A DNA stretch of 64,000 nt from Deltaproteobacteria bacterium. GTDB taxonomy: Bacteria; SAR324; NAC60-12. How positions within the stretch are numbered: position 1 is the first letter of the stretch; each line of letters starts with the position of its first letter. Below the pieces are notes generated by a model. The model saw only the letters and a list, made by a program, of their open reading frames with translations. It was not told where the DNA came from and made no database searches. Made by a program: the position numbers and the translations under genes. The stretch is from NCBI GenBank assembly GCA_038150265.1, contig JAYOTF010000017.1, forward strand, positions 2,870-66,869, given 5' to 3'. Below are positions 46,984 to 56,708 of the stretch, piece by piece.

Positions 46984-47390
46984 GAGCCGTCGCCGACCAG
47001 AAGCGGATTGCGCCGCAGGCGAATCTGCAGCACCGATGGCAGGGTTTCGTCGGTGGTCAGCGGGGGAATGAAGGTCTCGGTGATGAACCCGGGGGCCGCA
47101 ATCCTCAGCGGCTGCGAGACCTGATCCAGCTGCACAAAGGCGAGCCCATCAGGCGTCACCTCCCAGATCTCGGTCCCGGTCCAGTCCGTAATGAGGGCCG
47201 GCACCGGCTGTCCCTGGGCGTCCACGACTTCCACCCGGAAGGACCGGGCCGGCTGGGCTGGGGTGGGGGTCACCAGCGCCGGGGGGGCCACGGGCGCCAG
47301 GGTCGGTTGAGTTTCAGGCTTCCATGCCATGGTGGATGCTCCGGCAATCAAAAACGCCGATGCTCCAAACATCCAAACAGTCCAACGCAT
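46974..47390 (-). CDS. Hypothetical secreted protein
   Basis: Signal-like N-terminus MRWTVWMFGASAFLIAGAS from the internal ATG 47390. No family recognised. Confidence 0.5.
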   Translation of the reverse strand: MRWTVWMFGASAFLIAGASTMAWKPETQPTLAPVAPPALVTPTPAQPARSFRVEVVDAQGQPVPALITDWTGTEIWEVTPDGLAFVQLDQVSQPLRIAAPGFITETFIPPLTTDETLPSVLQIRLRRNPLLVGDGSQG

Positions 47391-47494
47391 CTCTTCTCCT
47401 GTCCTGAAGACTCGGTCTGATCTCTTCCATGCTTGCGGATGGGCTCCTCCCATTCCGTTCCATTTAACCTACGTTACCCTGCAAAAATAACGCC

Positions 47495-49708
47495 GTGATT
47501 GTTGAAGTCGCCGTCAACCTGCCCCTGCCTCAGCAGTTTGACTACCAGTGGCCAGAGGAGTTCTCGGCTCCGCTTCCGGGAATGCGGGTGCTGGTTCCCT
47601 TTGGCCCCCGGACGCTCGGAGGCGTCATCACCACGGTCAAGGAGCACTCCGAGCATCGCAAACTCCGGCGGGTGCTGCAGCCGCTCGAACCCGAGCCTGC
47701 CTTTTCGGAGGAGCTGCTGCGTTTCACGCGTTGGGTGGCCGAGTACTACCTGTGCGGGTGGGGCGAGGTGCTCAGCGCGGCCATTCCCGGGGGACTCGGT
47801 TCAACAGCCGAGTCGCTTCAGAAGCGCGGGGCCAAGCCCAAGTACGAGCGGTGGGTGCGGCTCAATCCGCAGCGTCCGGAACCGCCTCGGCAGCGAGGAC
47901 GTCGCAAGACGAAGCGCGACCGCCTGCTGGAGCTGCTGGAGCAGCATCCGGAGATGGCGTGGCGAGACATCCGGAGCCGCATCAACGCTCCGGCGGATGC
48001 CCTCCGCCAACTCACCGAAGAGCAGGTGGTGGTGCTGGAAGAGCGGCGCGTCTTCCGGCGCTTCCTCTCTCAGAGCCTGCCTGATCCGGAGCCGTTCCTG
48101 ACGCTCAATGCCGAGCAGCAGGCCGCGTTCGGCTCCGTCCACACGGCTCTGCAGGAAGACCAGTACGCGGCTTTCTTGCTGGAAGGCGTCACCGGGTCGG
48201 GAAAGACCGAAGTGTACCTGCACGCGGTTCAGGCGGCTCAGGCCCAGGGCAAGACGAGCCTGGTGCTGGTTCCGGAAATTGCCCTGACGCCCCAGCTGGT
48301 CCACCGCTTTCAGTCACGCTTTGGCGATGCCGTGGCGGTGCTGCACAGTGGCATGGACGATGGGGAGCGGTTTGACGAGTGGTCTCGGCTTCAGGAAGGG
48401 CAGGCAACGATTGCCGTGGGGGCCCGGAGCGCGATCTTTGCGCCGCTGCAGCAGCTTGGGCTGGTGATTGTGGATGAGGAACACGATGCCTCTTACAAGC
48501 AGGGGGAAGCCCCACGGTACCACGGACGGGACATCGCTGTTGTCCGGGCCTGGCAAAACGGAGCGGTGGCCTTGCTCGGCTCGGCGACCCCGTCTCTGGA
48601 ATCGGCCGCCAACGTGGCGTCTGGAAAGTACCGGGGGCTCACAATGAAGGCTCGGGTGCAGGCGGCGACGCTGCCTCAGGTGCGGCTGCTGGACCTCCGA
48701 GGGGCCAAACGTCAGTCCGGGAGCACGTTCTTCACCACCGACCTGGTGGAGGCGCTGCGCCAGCGGCTGCTCAGGAAGGAACAGAGCATCGTCTTCCTCA
48801 ACCGCCGGGGCTATGCTCCGCTGCTGACCTGTGAGGCGTGTCAGGAGTCGGTGACCTGCCCCTACTGCAGCCTCAGTCTGGTGCTGCATCAGGCGGCTCG
48901 GCAGCTGCGCTGTCACCAGTGCGACCATGCCATTGCGCCGCCGGTGGAGTGCCCCTCGTGCTTCAGCCAGGGCACCCTGCAGGTGATCGGTGTGGGAACG
49001 GAACAGGTGGAGGGAGAGCTGCAGAAGATTTTCCCGGAAGCCCGGGTGCTGCGGATGGATCGGGATGCGTTGCACGGCAAGCATGCCCTCTCGAAGATGC
49101 AGGAGGCGGTCCGGGCCAGGGAGGTCGACATTCTGGTGGGCACGCAGCTGGTCACCAAGGGGCATGACTTCCCCGACATGACCCTCGTCGGGGTGCTGCT
49201 GGCCGACCTGGGCCTGAACCTCCCGGACTTCCGGTCAAGCGAGCGGACCTTTCAGCTCCTCACCCAGGTAGCCGGACGCGCCGGACGGTCGGCCAAGCCC
49301 GGAGAGGTGCTGGTGCAGACCTACAACCCGCGGCACCACAGCCTCCAGTTTGCCCAGAACCACGATGCCCCCGGGTTCCGGAAACAGGAGCTGGCCCAAC
49401 GGAGCCAGCTGCACCTGCCGCCGTTTCAGTCACTGGTGCTGATCACCTGCTCCAGCCCCCATGAGGAGCGGGCGGCTCAGCTGGCAACAGAGTACGCCCA
49501 GGCCCTGCAGCCCTTCCGGAAGCAGCTCACGCTGATCGGCCCCCTGGAGGCGCCGCTGAAGAAGCTGAGGAATCGGTTCCGCTGGCAGGTGCTGCTACGG
49601 GCCGAGCAAGGGGCCCTCTTGCGACACGCCTTGCGGCAGACGCCGGCCCCGAAGCCCTTGAAGGATGAGTTGGTTCAGGTGGACGTGGACCCGGTGGACT
49701 TGCTCTGA
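47495..49708 (+). CDS. priA: Primosomal protein N' (replication restart helicase PriA)
   Basis: Walker A GVTGSGKTEVY, DEEHD box, Cys-rich Zn region CEACQESVTCPYCSLSL...CHQCDH...CPSC, and helicase motifs VGTQLVTKGHDFP and QVAGRAGR. GTG start. Confidence 0.95.
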   Translation: MIVEVAVNLPLPQQFDYQWPEEFSAPLPGMRVLVPFGPRTLGGVITTVKEHSEHRKLRRVLQPLEPEPAFSEELLRFTRWVAEYYLCGWGEVLSAAIPGGLGSTAESLQKRGAKPKYERWVRLNPQRPEPPRQRGRRKTKRDRLLELLEQHPEMAWRDIRSRINAPADALRQLTEEQVVVLEERRVFRRFLSQSLPDPEPFLTLNAEQQAAFGSVHTALQEDQYAAFLLEGVTGSGKTEVYLHAVQAAQAQGKTSLVLVPEIALTPQLVHRFQSRFGDAVAVLHSGMDDGERFDEWSRLQEGQATIAVGARSAIFAPLQQLGLVIVDEEHDASYKQGEAPRYHGRDIAVVRAWQNGAVALLGSATPSLESAANVASGKYRGLTMKARVQAATLPQVRLLDLRGAKRQSGSTFFTTDLVEALRQRLLRKEQSIVFLNRRGYAPLLTCEACQESVTCPYCSLSLVLHQAARQLRCHQCDHAIAPPVECPSCFSQGTLQVIGVGTEQVEGELQKIFPEARVLRMDRDALHGKHALSKMQEAVRAREVDILVGTQLVTKGHDFPDMTLVGVLLADLGLNLPDFRSSERTFQLLTQVAGRAGRSAKPGEVLVQTYNPRHHSLQFAQNHDAPGFRKQELAQRSQLHLPPFQSLVLITCSSPHEERAAQLATEYAQALQPFRKQLTLIGPLEAPLKKLRNRFRWQVLLRAEQGALLRHALRQTPAPKPLKDELVQVDVDPVDLL

Positions 49709-50643
49709 AACGCGTCCTTGAAGGCAGGCGCCTCCGCGGCTTCCGGCTTGAGGTTCAGCATGGACCGCAATGCCATGGCGAGGTCCGGATCCCGGAAGGC
49801 AAACCCGGCTTCTCGCAAACGCTGGGGCTCCACCTGCAGGCTGGAGAGGATCGTTTCCTCTGCCATTTGTCCAAACACCAGCTTGAGCGCCGGGGCCGGA
49901 ACCGGAAACAGCGCCGGGCGGTTCAGCACCTTCGCCAGCACCTTCGCAAACTCGTGGTTGCTGACCGGATTGGGCGACACCAGGTTGTAGAGCCCCTGGT
50001 AACGCTCCTCGGTCGCAGCCGCAAAGAAGGCCTCCACGGCATCTCGTTTGGAAACCCAGCTCATCATCTGCGAGCCATCTCCAATGGGGCCGCCGACTCC
50101 AAGCCGGAAGGGCAGCAGGAGCTTCGAAAGCGCCCCTCCTTCCGGGTCGAGCACCACGCCAATGCGAAACTGCACCTGCCGGATGGAGTTCCCTTCAAGG
50201 GGAGCCAGCGCGGCTTCCCAGTCTCGGACCACTTCTGCCAGAAAGCCTCCTCCGAGGGAACTGGATTCACTCAGCACCTCGCTCCGAGTGGTCCCGTAAA
50301 AACCGATGGCCGAGGCACAGACGAGCGTCTGAGGGGGTTTGGGAAGCTGGGCCAGCGTTTCGGCGAGGAAGCGGGTTGCGTCCACCCGGCTGCCCCGGAT
50401 GCGTTGCTTCTTGGCCGCACACCAGCGGCCATCCACGGTTTCTCCGGCAAGGTGCACCACCGCGTCCATTCCGGCAAGCTGCCCGCCTTCAATCTCCTGA
50501 CGAGCAGGGTTCCAGTAAATGGTATCCGGAGCCAACTCCCGGTTGGACCGGACCATGCGGAACACCGTATGGCCTTCTTCTGTAAAGCGCTGGCACAGAG
50601 CCCGCCCCAACAGTCCTGATGAACCTGTAATTGCAACTTTCAT
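49675..50643 (-). CDS. TIGR01777/SDR39U1-type NAD-dependent epimerase-like protein (with DUF1731-like C-terminus)
   Basis: MKVAITGSSGLLGRAL Rossmann motif and the overall YfcH-like pattern. It starts 3 nt after the RND pump stop, and its 3' end overlaps priA convergently by 34 nt. Confidence 0.8.
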   Translation of the reverse strand: MKVAITGSSGLLGRALCQRFTEEGHTVFRMVRSNRELAPDTIYWNPARQEIEGGQLAGMDAVVHLAGETVDGRWCAAKKQRIRGSRVDATRFLAETLAQLPKPPQTLVCASAIGFYGTTRSEVLSESSSLGGGFLAEVVRDWEAALAPLEGNSIRQVQFRIGVVLDPEGGALSKLLLPFRLGVGGPIGDGSQMMSWVSKRDAVEAFFAAATEERYQGLYNLVSPNPVSNHEFAKVLAKVLNRPALFPVPAPALKLVFGQMAEETILSSLQVEPQRLREAGFAFRDPDLAMALRSMLNLKPEAAEAPAFKDAFQSKSTGSTST

Positions 50644-50646
50644 GAG

Positions 50647-53600
50647 TTAGGTCGCCTCAGCAAGGTCTTTGGATTTCGAAGACGTCAACCGGGACACCCA
50701 GCCGACGAACCGTTCTTTGAACCCTTCCACAAGAGAGTACAGCACGGGCACAATGACCAGCGTCAGGAACGTGGCCACTCCCAACCCGTACATGATGGCA
50801 AAGGCCATCGATTGCCAGAACACGGCTCCGGCCGCGCCCACCACCACTATCGGATCTCGCGAGAAGCTGATGTCGAGCCCCGCAGCCATGGGGATCAACC
50901 CCAACACCGTGGTGATGGCCGTCAGCATCACCGGACGGAAGCGAACGGTAGCGGCCAGGATCATGGCCTCGTTGCGCTTGTAACCGCGGTTCCGGAGGTC
51001 CTTCACAAAGTCGAGCATCACGATGGCGTTGTTGACCACAATCCCCGCCAGCGAGACCGTCCCGACGCCGCTCATGATGATCCCGAACGGACGATCGTGC
51101 ACCATCAGGCCGACCAGCACGCCCATGATGGACATGAAGACGGCGCTGAGGATGATCAGGGGCTGCGAAATGGAGTTGAACTGAGCCACCAGCGTCAGGA
51201 AGATGAGGAAGACGGCGATCAGCATCGCGTTGCCGATGAACTGCTGCGTCTCGCGCTGCTCCTTGTTTTCCCCGGTGAAGGAGTAGCTCACCCCAGCAGG
51301 CAACGTGAGGTCCTTCAGCTGCTCCCGCGCCCGGGAGACCAGTACGGGTCCCGGAATGCCAGAGGCGTCTCCGGAGATCGTGATCACCCGGTCGGTGCCC
51401 ACGTGCCGGATCGACCCATAGGAAGGTCCGGTGTCCACACGGGCAATCTCGCTCAGGCGCACCAGCTCCCCAACTGGGGTGCTGATGAACAGCGACTCCA
51501 GATCTGCGGAGGTCTTCCGGAAGGTCTGATCGAGCTGGACGATGATGTCGTACTCATCCTGTCCGTCTCGGAAGACCGACACCTTCTTGCCGTTGAAGGC
51601 GGTCCGGACGGTGGTGGCAATGCTCTGGGCTCGCAACCCCAGCCGAGCAGCCTTTTCGCGGTCAATCATGACCTTGATCTCCGGACGGCTCCGGTCAAAG
51701 TCATCCGTCATGTCCACCAGTCCGGGCGTGTCCTTGATGCGGCGCTTGATCTCTTCCACCGCGCCCATCATGGCGGTGTAGTCTTCTCCCCGGACCTCAA
51801 TGTTGAGCGGGTTGCCCGTTGGGGGACCATTCTGGGCCTCCGAGACCTTGACCTCGACGCCCACCATGTTCTGCAGCTTGTCCCGCAGATCCCGGATGAT
51901 CGCAGACGGCTTCTCGGTCCAGTCTTCCCACCCCGGGAACGACAGCACCACGTGGCTCAGGTAGGTCGTTGTGCTTCCGGAAGAGCTTCCTCCAAATCCA
52001 CGGCGCTGTCCCACGTTGGCAACGGTCGCATCCAGGGCACTGGCATGCGGCTGCACAAAGCCCTCAATCTGCTGAACGTACTCATCCGACACCTCCAGGG
52101 TGGTCCCCATCGGGGCCGTCACGTTCACCACCGCCTCTTCGGGCTCCGTCTTTGGAAAGAACTCCACGCCCCGGCTCTTCAGGGTGGTGTTGGCGTAGAG
52201 CATGAAGGTGCCCACAAAGATGCCCAGAAAGCCCAACAGGATGAGGATCCGGAACCGGAAGGCCTTCTGCAGCACCGACTGGTACCCCATCAGGATCCGG
52301 GAGTGCTTCACCTGCTCCAGGTCATCGGCATCCAGGTCTCCGGTGCCATGTGGCCGCTTCTTGGCGCGCATCAGGGTTGAGGCCAGCACCGGGTTGATGA
52401 ACAGGGCCACAAAGAGCGAGGAGAAGAGGGTGATGATCACCGTCTTCGGCATGTAGCTGATGAACTCCCCCGCAATGCCAGGCATGTAGATCAGCGGAAA
52501 GAAGGCCGCGACGGTTGTCATTGTTGAGGTCAGCACCGGAATGGCCACCTCCTTGACGCCCTTGAAGGCGGCTTCCCGACGGCGCTGCCCCGCCTGCCGG
52601 TGCCGGAAGATGTTCTCCACGACCACGATCGCATTATCCACCAGCATCCCCAACGCCAGGATCAGGCTGAAGAGGACGACGATGTTGAGCGTGAACCCGA
52701 GGAGCTGCATGATGACGATGCTCACGAGGAACGAGAGCGGAATTGCGACCGCAACCAGCAGCGCGTTGCTCACGCCCATCACCACCAGCAGCACCAGGAA
52801 GACGAGGATGAAGCCCGTGACAATGTTGTTCTCCAGGTCCCGGACGATGCGCTGCACCTGCCGTCCCTTGTCTGAAAGGATGCTCGTCTTGAGCTCGCCT
52901 CCGTACTGCTGCTCCAGGTCGGCCACCAGGGTCTTGACGTCATCCCGGATGGCCAGCAGGTTCTCGCCGCTGCGCTTGATGACGCTCAGCGAGATCGACT
53001 CCATGCCATCAAGGCGGGACTTGCTGGTGATCTCCTTGAAGCCAAACACCACGTTTGCGACATCGCGGACCCGCACCGGCACCTGTCCGGGTGCCGAAAT
53101 GAGCGCATCATTGATGCCTTCCGGAGTCTCAAACTCGCCGGGCACCCGGATCAGGTACTTCGTGGGGCCCATGGTCACGGTGCCGCCCGGGAGGTTCATG
53201 TTCTCGCTGCTGATTGCGGCGTTGACCTGATTCAGGTCGAGCTGGTAGTAGCTGAGCTTGTCCGGGTTGACGTACACGCGGATTTCCCGCTCCAGGCCTC
53301 CGGCACGTCGGACTTCGAGGATGCCCGGGATCGACTCAATCTCGTCCTTGAGGTCATCAGCAATGTTGGTCAGCTGCAGCGTGCCCATCTGGCCCGAGAG
53401 GTTCACAATCAGCAGCGGCTGCTCCGAAAGGTTGATCTCGGTGACCACGTAATCTTCCACATCATCCGGAAAGTCCGGCTTGATCTGGTCCATCACCTCC
53501 CGAACCTTGGTCCGGGCCTCGCTGATGTCAAAGTCGGAGGTAAACTCCAGGGTGATCGCCGAGACCCCTTCCGAGGAGGTCGACTTGATCTCCTTGAGGT

Positions 53601-53826
53601 TCTTGAGGGTCTGGAGTTCCAGCTCGGCTTTGTTGGTGATGAGGCTCTCGACGTCTTCAGGAGAGGCGCCCGGGAAGGGGATGGTGACAATGAGGAGCGG
53701 AATCTGGATGTCCGGAGCCGCCTCTCGGGGGATGTTGCGGTAGGAAATGGTCCCCGCCACGATGATCATGAGGACCATCAGGAAGACGAAGACAGGGTTG
53801 CGGATCGCAATATGACTGGGATGCAT
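50647..53826 (-). CDS. RND efflux pump inner-membrane permease (AcrB/HAE family)
   Basis: 1059 aa with a 12-TM AcrB architecture: N-terminal IRNPVFVFLMVLMII, two large periplasmic loops, and conserved TM4/TM10 regions. Confidence 0.95.
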   Translation of the reverse strand: MHPSHIAIRNPVFVFLMVLMIIVAGTISYRNIPREAAPDIQIPLLIVTIPFPGASPEDVESLITNKAELELQTLKNLKEIKSTSSEGVSAITLEFTSDFDISEARTKVREVMDQIKPDFPDDVEDYVVTEINLSEQPLLIVNLSGQMGTLQLTNIADDLKDEIESIPGILEVRRAGGLEREIRVYVNPDKLSYYQLDLNQVNAAISSENMNLPGGTVTMGPTKYLIRVPGEFETPEGINDALISAPGQVPVRVRDVANVVFGFKEITSKSRLDGMESISLSVIKRSGENLLAIRDDVKTLVADLEQQYGGELKTSILSDKGRQVQRIVRDLENNIVTGFILVFLVLLVVMGVSNALLVAVAIPLSFLVSIVIMQLLGFTLNIVVLFSLILALGMLVDNAIVVVENIFRHRQAGQRRREAAFKGVKEVAIPVLTSTMTTVAAFFPLIYMPGIAGEFISYMPKTVIITLFSSLFVALFINPVLASTLMRAKKRPHGTGDLDADDLEQVKHSRILMGYQSVLQKAFRFRILILLGFLGIFVGTFMLYANTTLKSRGVEFFPKTEPEEAVVNVTAPMGTTLEVSDEYVQQIEGFVQPHASALDATVANVGQRRGFGGSSSGSTTTYLSHVVLSFPGWEDWTEKPSAIIRDLRDKLQNMVGVEVKVSEAQNGPPTGNPLNIEVRGEDYTAMMGAVEEIKRRIKDTPGLVDMTDDFDRSRPEIKVMIDREKAARLGLRAQSIATTVRTAFNGKKVSVFRDGQDEYDIIVQLDQTFRKTSADLESLFISTPVGELVRLSEIARVDTGPSYGSIRHVGTDRVITISGDASGIPGPVLVSRAREQLKDLTLPAGVSYSFTGENKEQRETQQFIGNAMLIAVFLIFLTLVAQFNSISQPLIILSAVFMSIMGVLVGLMVHDRPFGIIMSGVGTVSLAGIVVNNAIVMLDFVKDLRNRGYKRNEAMILAATVRFRPVMLTAITTVLGLIPMAAGLDISFSRDPIVVVGAAGAVFWQSMAFAIMYGLGVATFLTLVIVPVLYSLVEGFKERFVGWVSRLTSSKSKDLAEAT

Positions 53827-53884
53827 CGTCGGAGGCTAATTCAGGGTTCTGGGAGCAAGCAGGCGGCAGGAGGTGCCAGGGCGG

Positions 53885-55024
53885 TTACCGGACGACAACG
53901 GTCTCCCGGTTGGTCAGCTTGGTGTGCCCCTCGACAATCAAACGGTCTCCCAGGGCCAGCCCCGAGGTCACCTGCACCCGATCCCGGTCGGTGATGCCGG
54001 TTTCAATCATGCGTTCCACAGCCCTTCCGGAGTCTTCCAGAAAGACCACCCGTCCCTTCTCTCGTTCAATGATGGCATTCCGGGGAATCACCACCTGATT
54101 CTTCTGCTCGCCCCGGTTGATGAGGACGCGAGCGAGCATGCCCGATCGCAGGTTCTGGTGCGTGTTGTCCACCGAGACTTCGACCGGGAAGCTCCGGTTC
54201 CGGGCGTCGGCTTCCAGGCCAATTTGGGCGATGGTCCCTTCGAGGAAGGTGCCCTCCATGACGTAGGGCTCCACCTGCACCGACTGTCCCACCTTGAGGC
54301 CAATGATGTCACGCTCCGGAATGTTCAGCTCCACCTTGATCTTCCGCATGTCCAGAATTTCGGCAATGGGCTCTCCCTTGCGGACAAACTCGCCCAGCTT
54401 GATGAAGCGGGTCTTGATGGCTCCCTGCATGGGGGCCTGCACCACCGATTTCTTGAGGTTGATCTCTGCCAGTTGGGCCGCCAGCTTGGCGCTGTCGCGG
54501 CGTGCCTCGCTCTGATCGTACTGGGCCTGAGGAATGAGGCTGCGGCGAGACAGCTGCTCGTCCCGGTCAAAATTCACCTGCGCCAGCTTGTAGTCGGCAC
54601 GAGCCATGTCGAGCCGGACCTGCTGCTCCTTCGTGGAAATGTGCGCCAGGATCTGGCCCTTCTTGACCGCATCGCCTTCGTCAAACTTGAGGTCTTCCAC
54701 AATGCCCTCGGCTTCAGACTTGAGCATCAGGCGCTCCTGCGGCAAGACGTTGCCGACGTAGGTCAGCTCAGCAGCAATGCTGCTGGGTTCCAGCACCTGC
54801 ACCCGGACATTGACTCCGGAAGCCCGGGTGCTGCCGGGCGCGGCCATGGCCGCTGCTTCGGGAGCCGCGGCAGGTTCTCCTCCAGTCGCTTCCTGAGTGG
54901 CCGCATTGGCCTCATTGGCCTTCAGGCCCGGAGGCGCAGACTGGGCCCCTCCGCCCCGCTGGCAGGAAGCCGTCAGCAGCAGCAGGCTCAGGAGGGAAAT
55001 CAAAACAGCAAAGGTTCGCATCAT
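53885..55024 (-). CDS. RND efflux periplasmic adaptor (membrane fusion protein)
   Basis: Lipoprotein-like leader (LLLLTASC), coiled-coil hairpin, lipoyl and beta-barrel segments typical of the HlyD_D23 family. Confidence 0.9.
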   Translation of the reverse strand: MMRTFAVLISLLSLLLLTASCQRGGGAQSAPPGLKANEANAATQEATGGEPAAAPEAAAMAAPGSTRASGVNVRVQVLEPSSIAAELTYVGNVLPQERLMLKSEAEGIVEDLKFDEGDAVKKGQILAHISTKEQQVRLDMARADYKLAQVNFDRDEQLSRRSLIPQAQYDQSEARRDSAKLAAQLAEINLKKSVVQAPMQGAIKTRFIKLGEFVRKGEPIAEILDMRKIKVELNIPERDIIGLKVGQSVQVEPYVMEGTFLEGTIAQIGLEADARNRSFPVEVSVDNTHQNLRSGMLARVLINRGEQKNQVVIPRNAIIEREKGRVVFLEDSGRAVERMIETGITDRDRVQVTSGLALGDRLIVEGHTKLTNRETVVVR

Positions 55025-55031
55025 CGGGTCC

Positions 55032-56579
55032 TTAGCGGGAAAGTTGATATTCAGAGTGAAGGCTACCTGTGAGAGTCAGCAGTTCCAGGTAGGTCTTTTC
55101 GTAACGGATTCGTGCCAGAATCTCGTTTTGCTGGGCCTTGGCCACTTCCTGTTGAAACTGAGCCACCTGAAAGCTGGTGCTCTGGCCCAGGCGAAAGCGC
55201 TCCAGTTCATTTTGAAGCTGGTCCTGCGTCAGCTGGAGCAGGGACTGAGTGGTGTTGATCTCGATCTTGCTCAGCTCCAGGGCCCGGAGGGTGGCCTGAA
55301 GCGCCACCTGCACCTCGGAGCGGCGCTGGTCGATCTGCAGCTGGTTCTGCTCGGCGGCCAGGCGCTTCTGCGCAATGCCTTCCTCCGTGGCGGTTCCTCC
55401 CAGCGGCAGGGTCCAGGTCAGGGACGCGCTGTACCCATGCAGGTTGGCGTTGCTGAGGTCGGAAGTCGCGCTGCCGTCGGCGGAGTAGCCATTGAGGACG
55501 TAGCTCAGGTTGAGGTCCAGGTTCGTGGCATCTCGGTTTTCTGCCTGCAGCAGCTCGTATCCGGTTTGCTGCTGCGCGGCTTCCAGCTGAGCCAGCTGCA
55601 CATCCTCGGCATACGCCCGCTTCAGCAACTCCTTGGAAGAGAGCGTCAGCTTGCGGATGCCCGGGCGATCTTCAGGAAGCAGCCCCACCGGAAGCTCCGG
55701 AAGGTTCAGGGCAGCCCGGACCTGATCCTCCACCCCAAGCCGGCTGTTTTCTGTGGAACGCAGCGCTTGCTGGTCGCGGAGCAGCTGCGTCTCCGCCTGA
55801 GACACGTCAATGGGCTTGAGGATGCCGGCGCCCAGACGGGCCTTGTTGTCCCGGAGCAACCGCTCCGACAGCGTCACCGCCTGCTTCTGGACCTCGTTCG
55901 TCTCCACCAGCCCTACCAGATCCCAGTAGATAGAAGCAATCTGCTTCAGCGTCAGGTCCTCTGTTTGCCGAACCCCCAGCTCGCTGCGCCGGACGCCCAC
56001 CTCGGCCAGGCGAACCGGGAGGTCATTGACGTCGGAGCCCCAGTCCTGAATCAACGGAATGTCGGCAGAAACCGTCAGCTTCACCGAGTTGGCCGGGTCG
56101 CTGTAATCTCCGGTGGTGAGGTCTCCGGAATCCGAGCGCGTCATCAGCGCCGTGCGGCTGGTGGTATCGGTGTAGTTGAGGTTGTAGACGATGCCGGTGG
56201 AGGTGGCTTTGCGGAGGGTCGAGCTGAGGGTCGTGTAGCTCGTTTGGTAGTTCGAGGAGGCGCCCAGGCTCACACTCTCGCCCTGCTGCACCGCGTTGAC
56301 CCAGACCGGCTCATTGCGGGCTTCTGCTGCCACCACGCCTCTGCGGGCAATCTCCACTCCGCGTCGAGCGCTGAGGAGGTTCGTGCCCCGCTCCTGGGCC
56401 AGCTGAAGGATCAGCCCCAGCTCCACCCGGGCGTAACGGCGGCCGTCGATCTCTTCCAGCTCCACCTGCTTCAGGAGGGCATCGACCTCATCCTGTTTGA
56501 GCGTCTGGGCAGAGGAGGCCAACGGGAAGCCGGAGGCAGCAACAAGCAGGGCAATCAGGAGAAGACGACAACGGTTCAT
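55032..56579 (-). CDS. TolC-like outer-membrane efflux channel
   Basis: Signal peptide followed by duplicated OEP (outer membrane efflux protein) helical repeats. First gene of the efflux operon. Confidence 0.85.
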   Translation of the reverse strand: MNRCRLLLIALLVAASGFPLASSAQTLKQDEVDALLKQVELEEIDGRRYARVELGLILQLAQERGTNLLSARRGVEIARRGVVAAEARNEPVWVNAVQQGESVSLGASSNYQTSYTTLSSTLRKATSTGIVYNLNYTDTTSRTALMTRSDSGDLTTGDYSDPANSVKLTVSADIPLIQDWGSDVNDLPVRLAEVGVRRSELGVRQTEDLTLKQIASIYWDLVGLVETNEVQKQAVTLSERLLRDNKARLGAGILKPIDVSQAETQLLRDQQALRSTENSRLGVEDQVRAALNLPELPVGLLPEDRPGIRKLTLSSKELLKRAYAEDVQLAQLEAAQQQTGYELLQAENRDATNLDLNLSYVLNGYSADGSATSDLSNANLHGYSASLTWTLPLGGTATEEGIAQKRLAAEQNQLQIDQRRSEVQVALQATLRALELSKIEINTTQSLLQLTQDQLQNELERFRLGQSTSFQVAQFQQEVAKAQQNEILARIRYEKTYLELLTLTGSLHSEYQLSR

Positions 56580-56708
56580 GCAGGCTGACTTTCAGAAGGA
56601 GTGCAGTGGCGGTTTCGGTAATCATTAGCATGGCAGGAAACCCCAAACGGCGCATCTCCCAAACGTATAGAGTTGTATCGTTTTGTCAGCTTTCCGGAAG
56701 CCGGGGCG

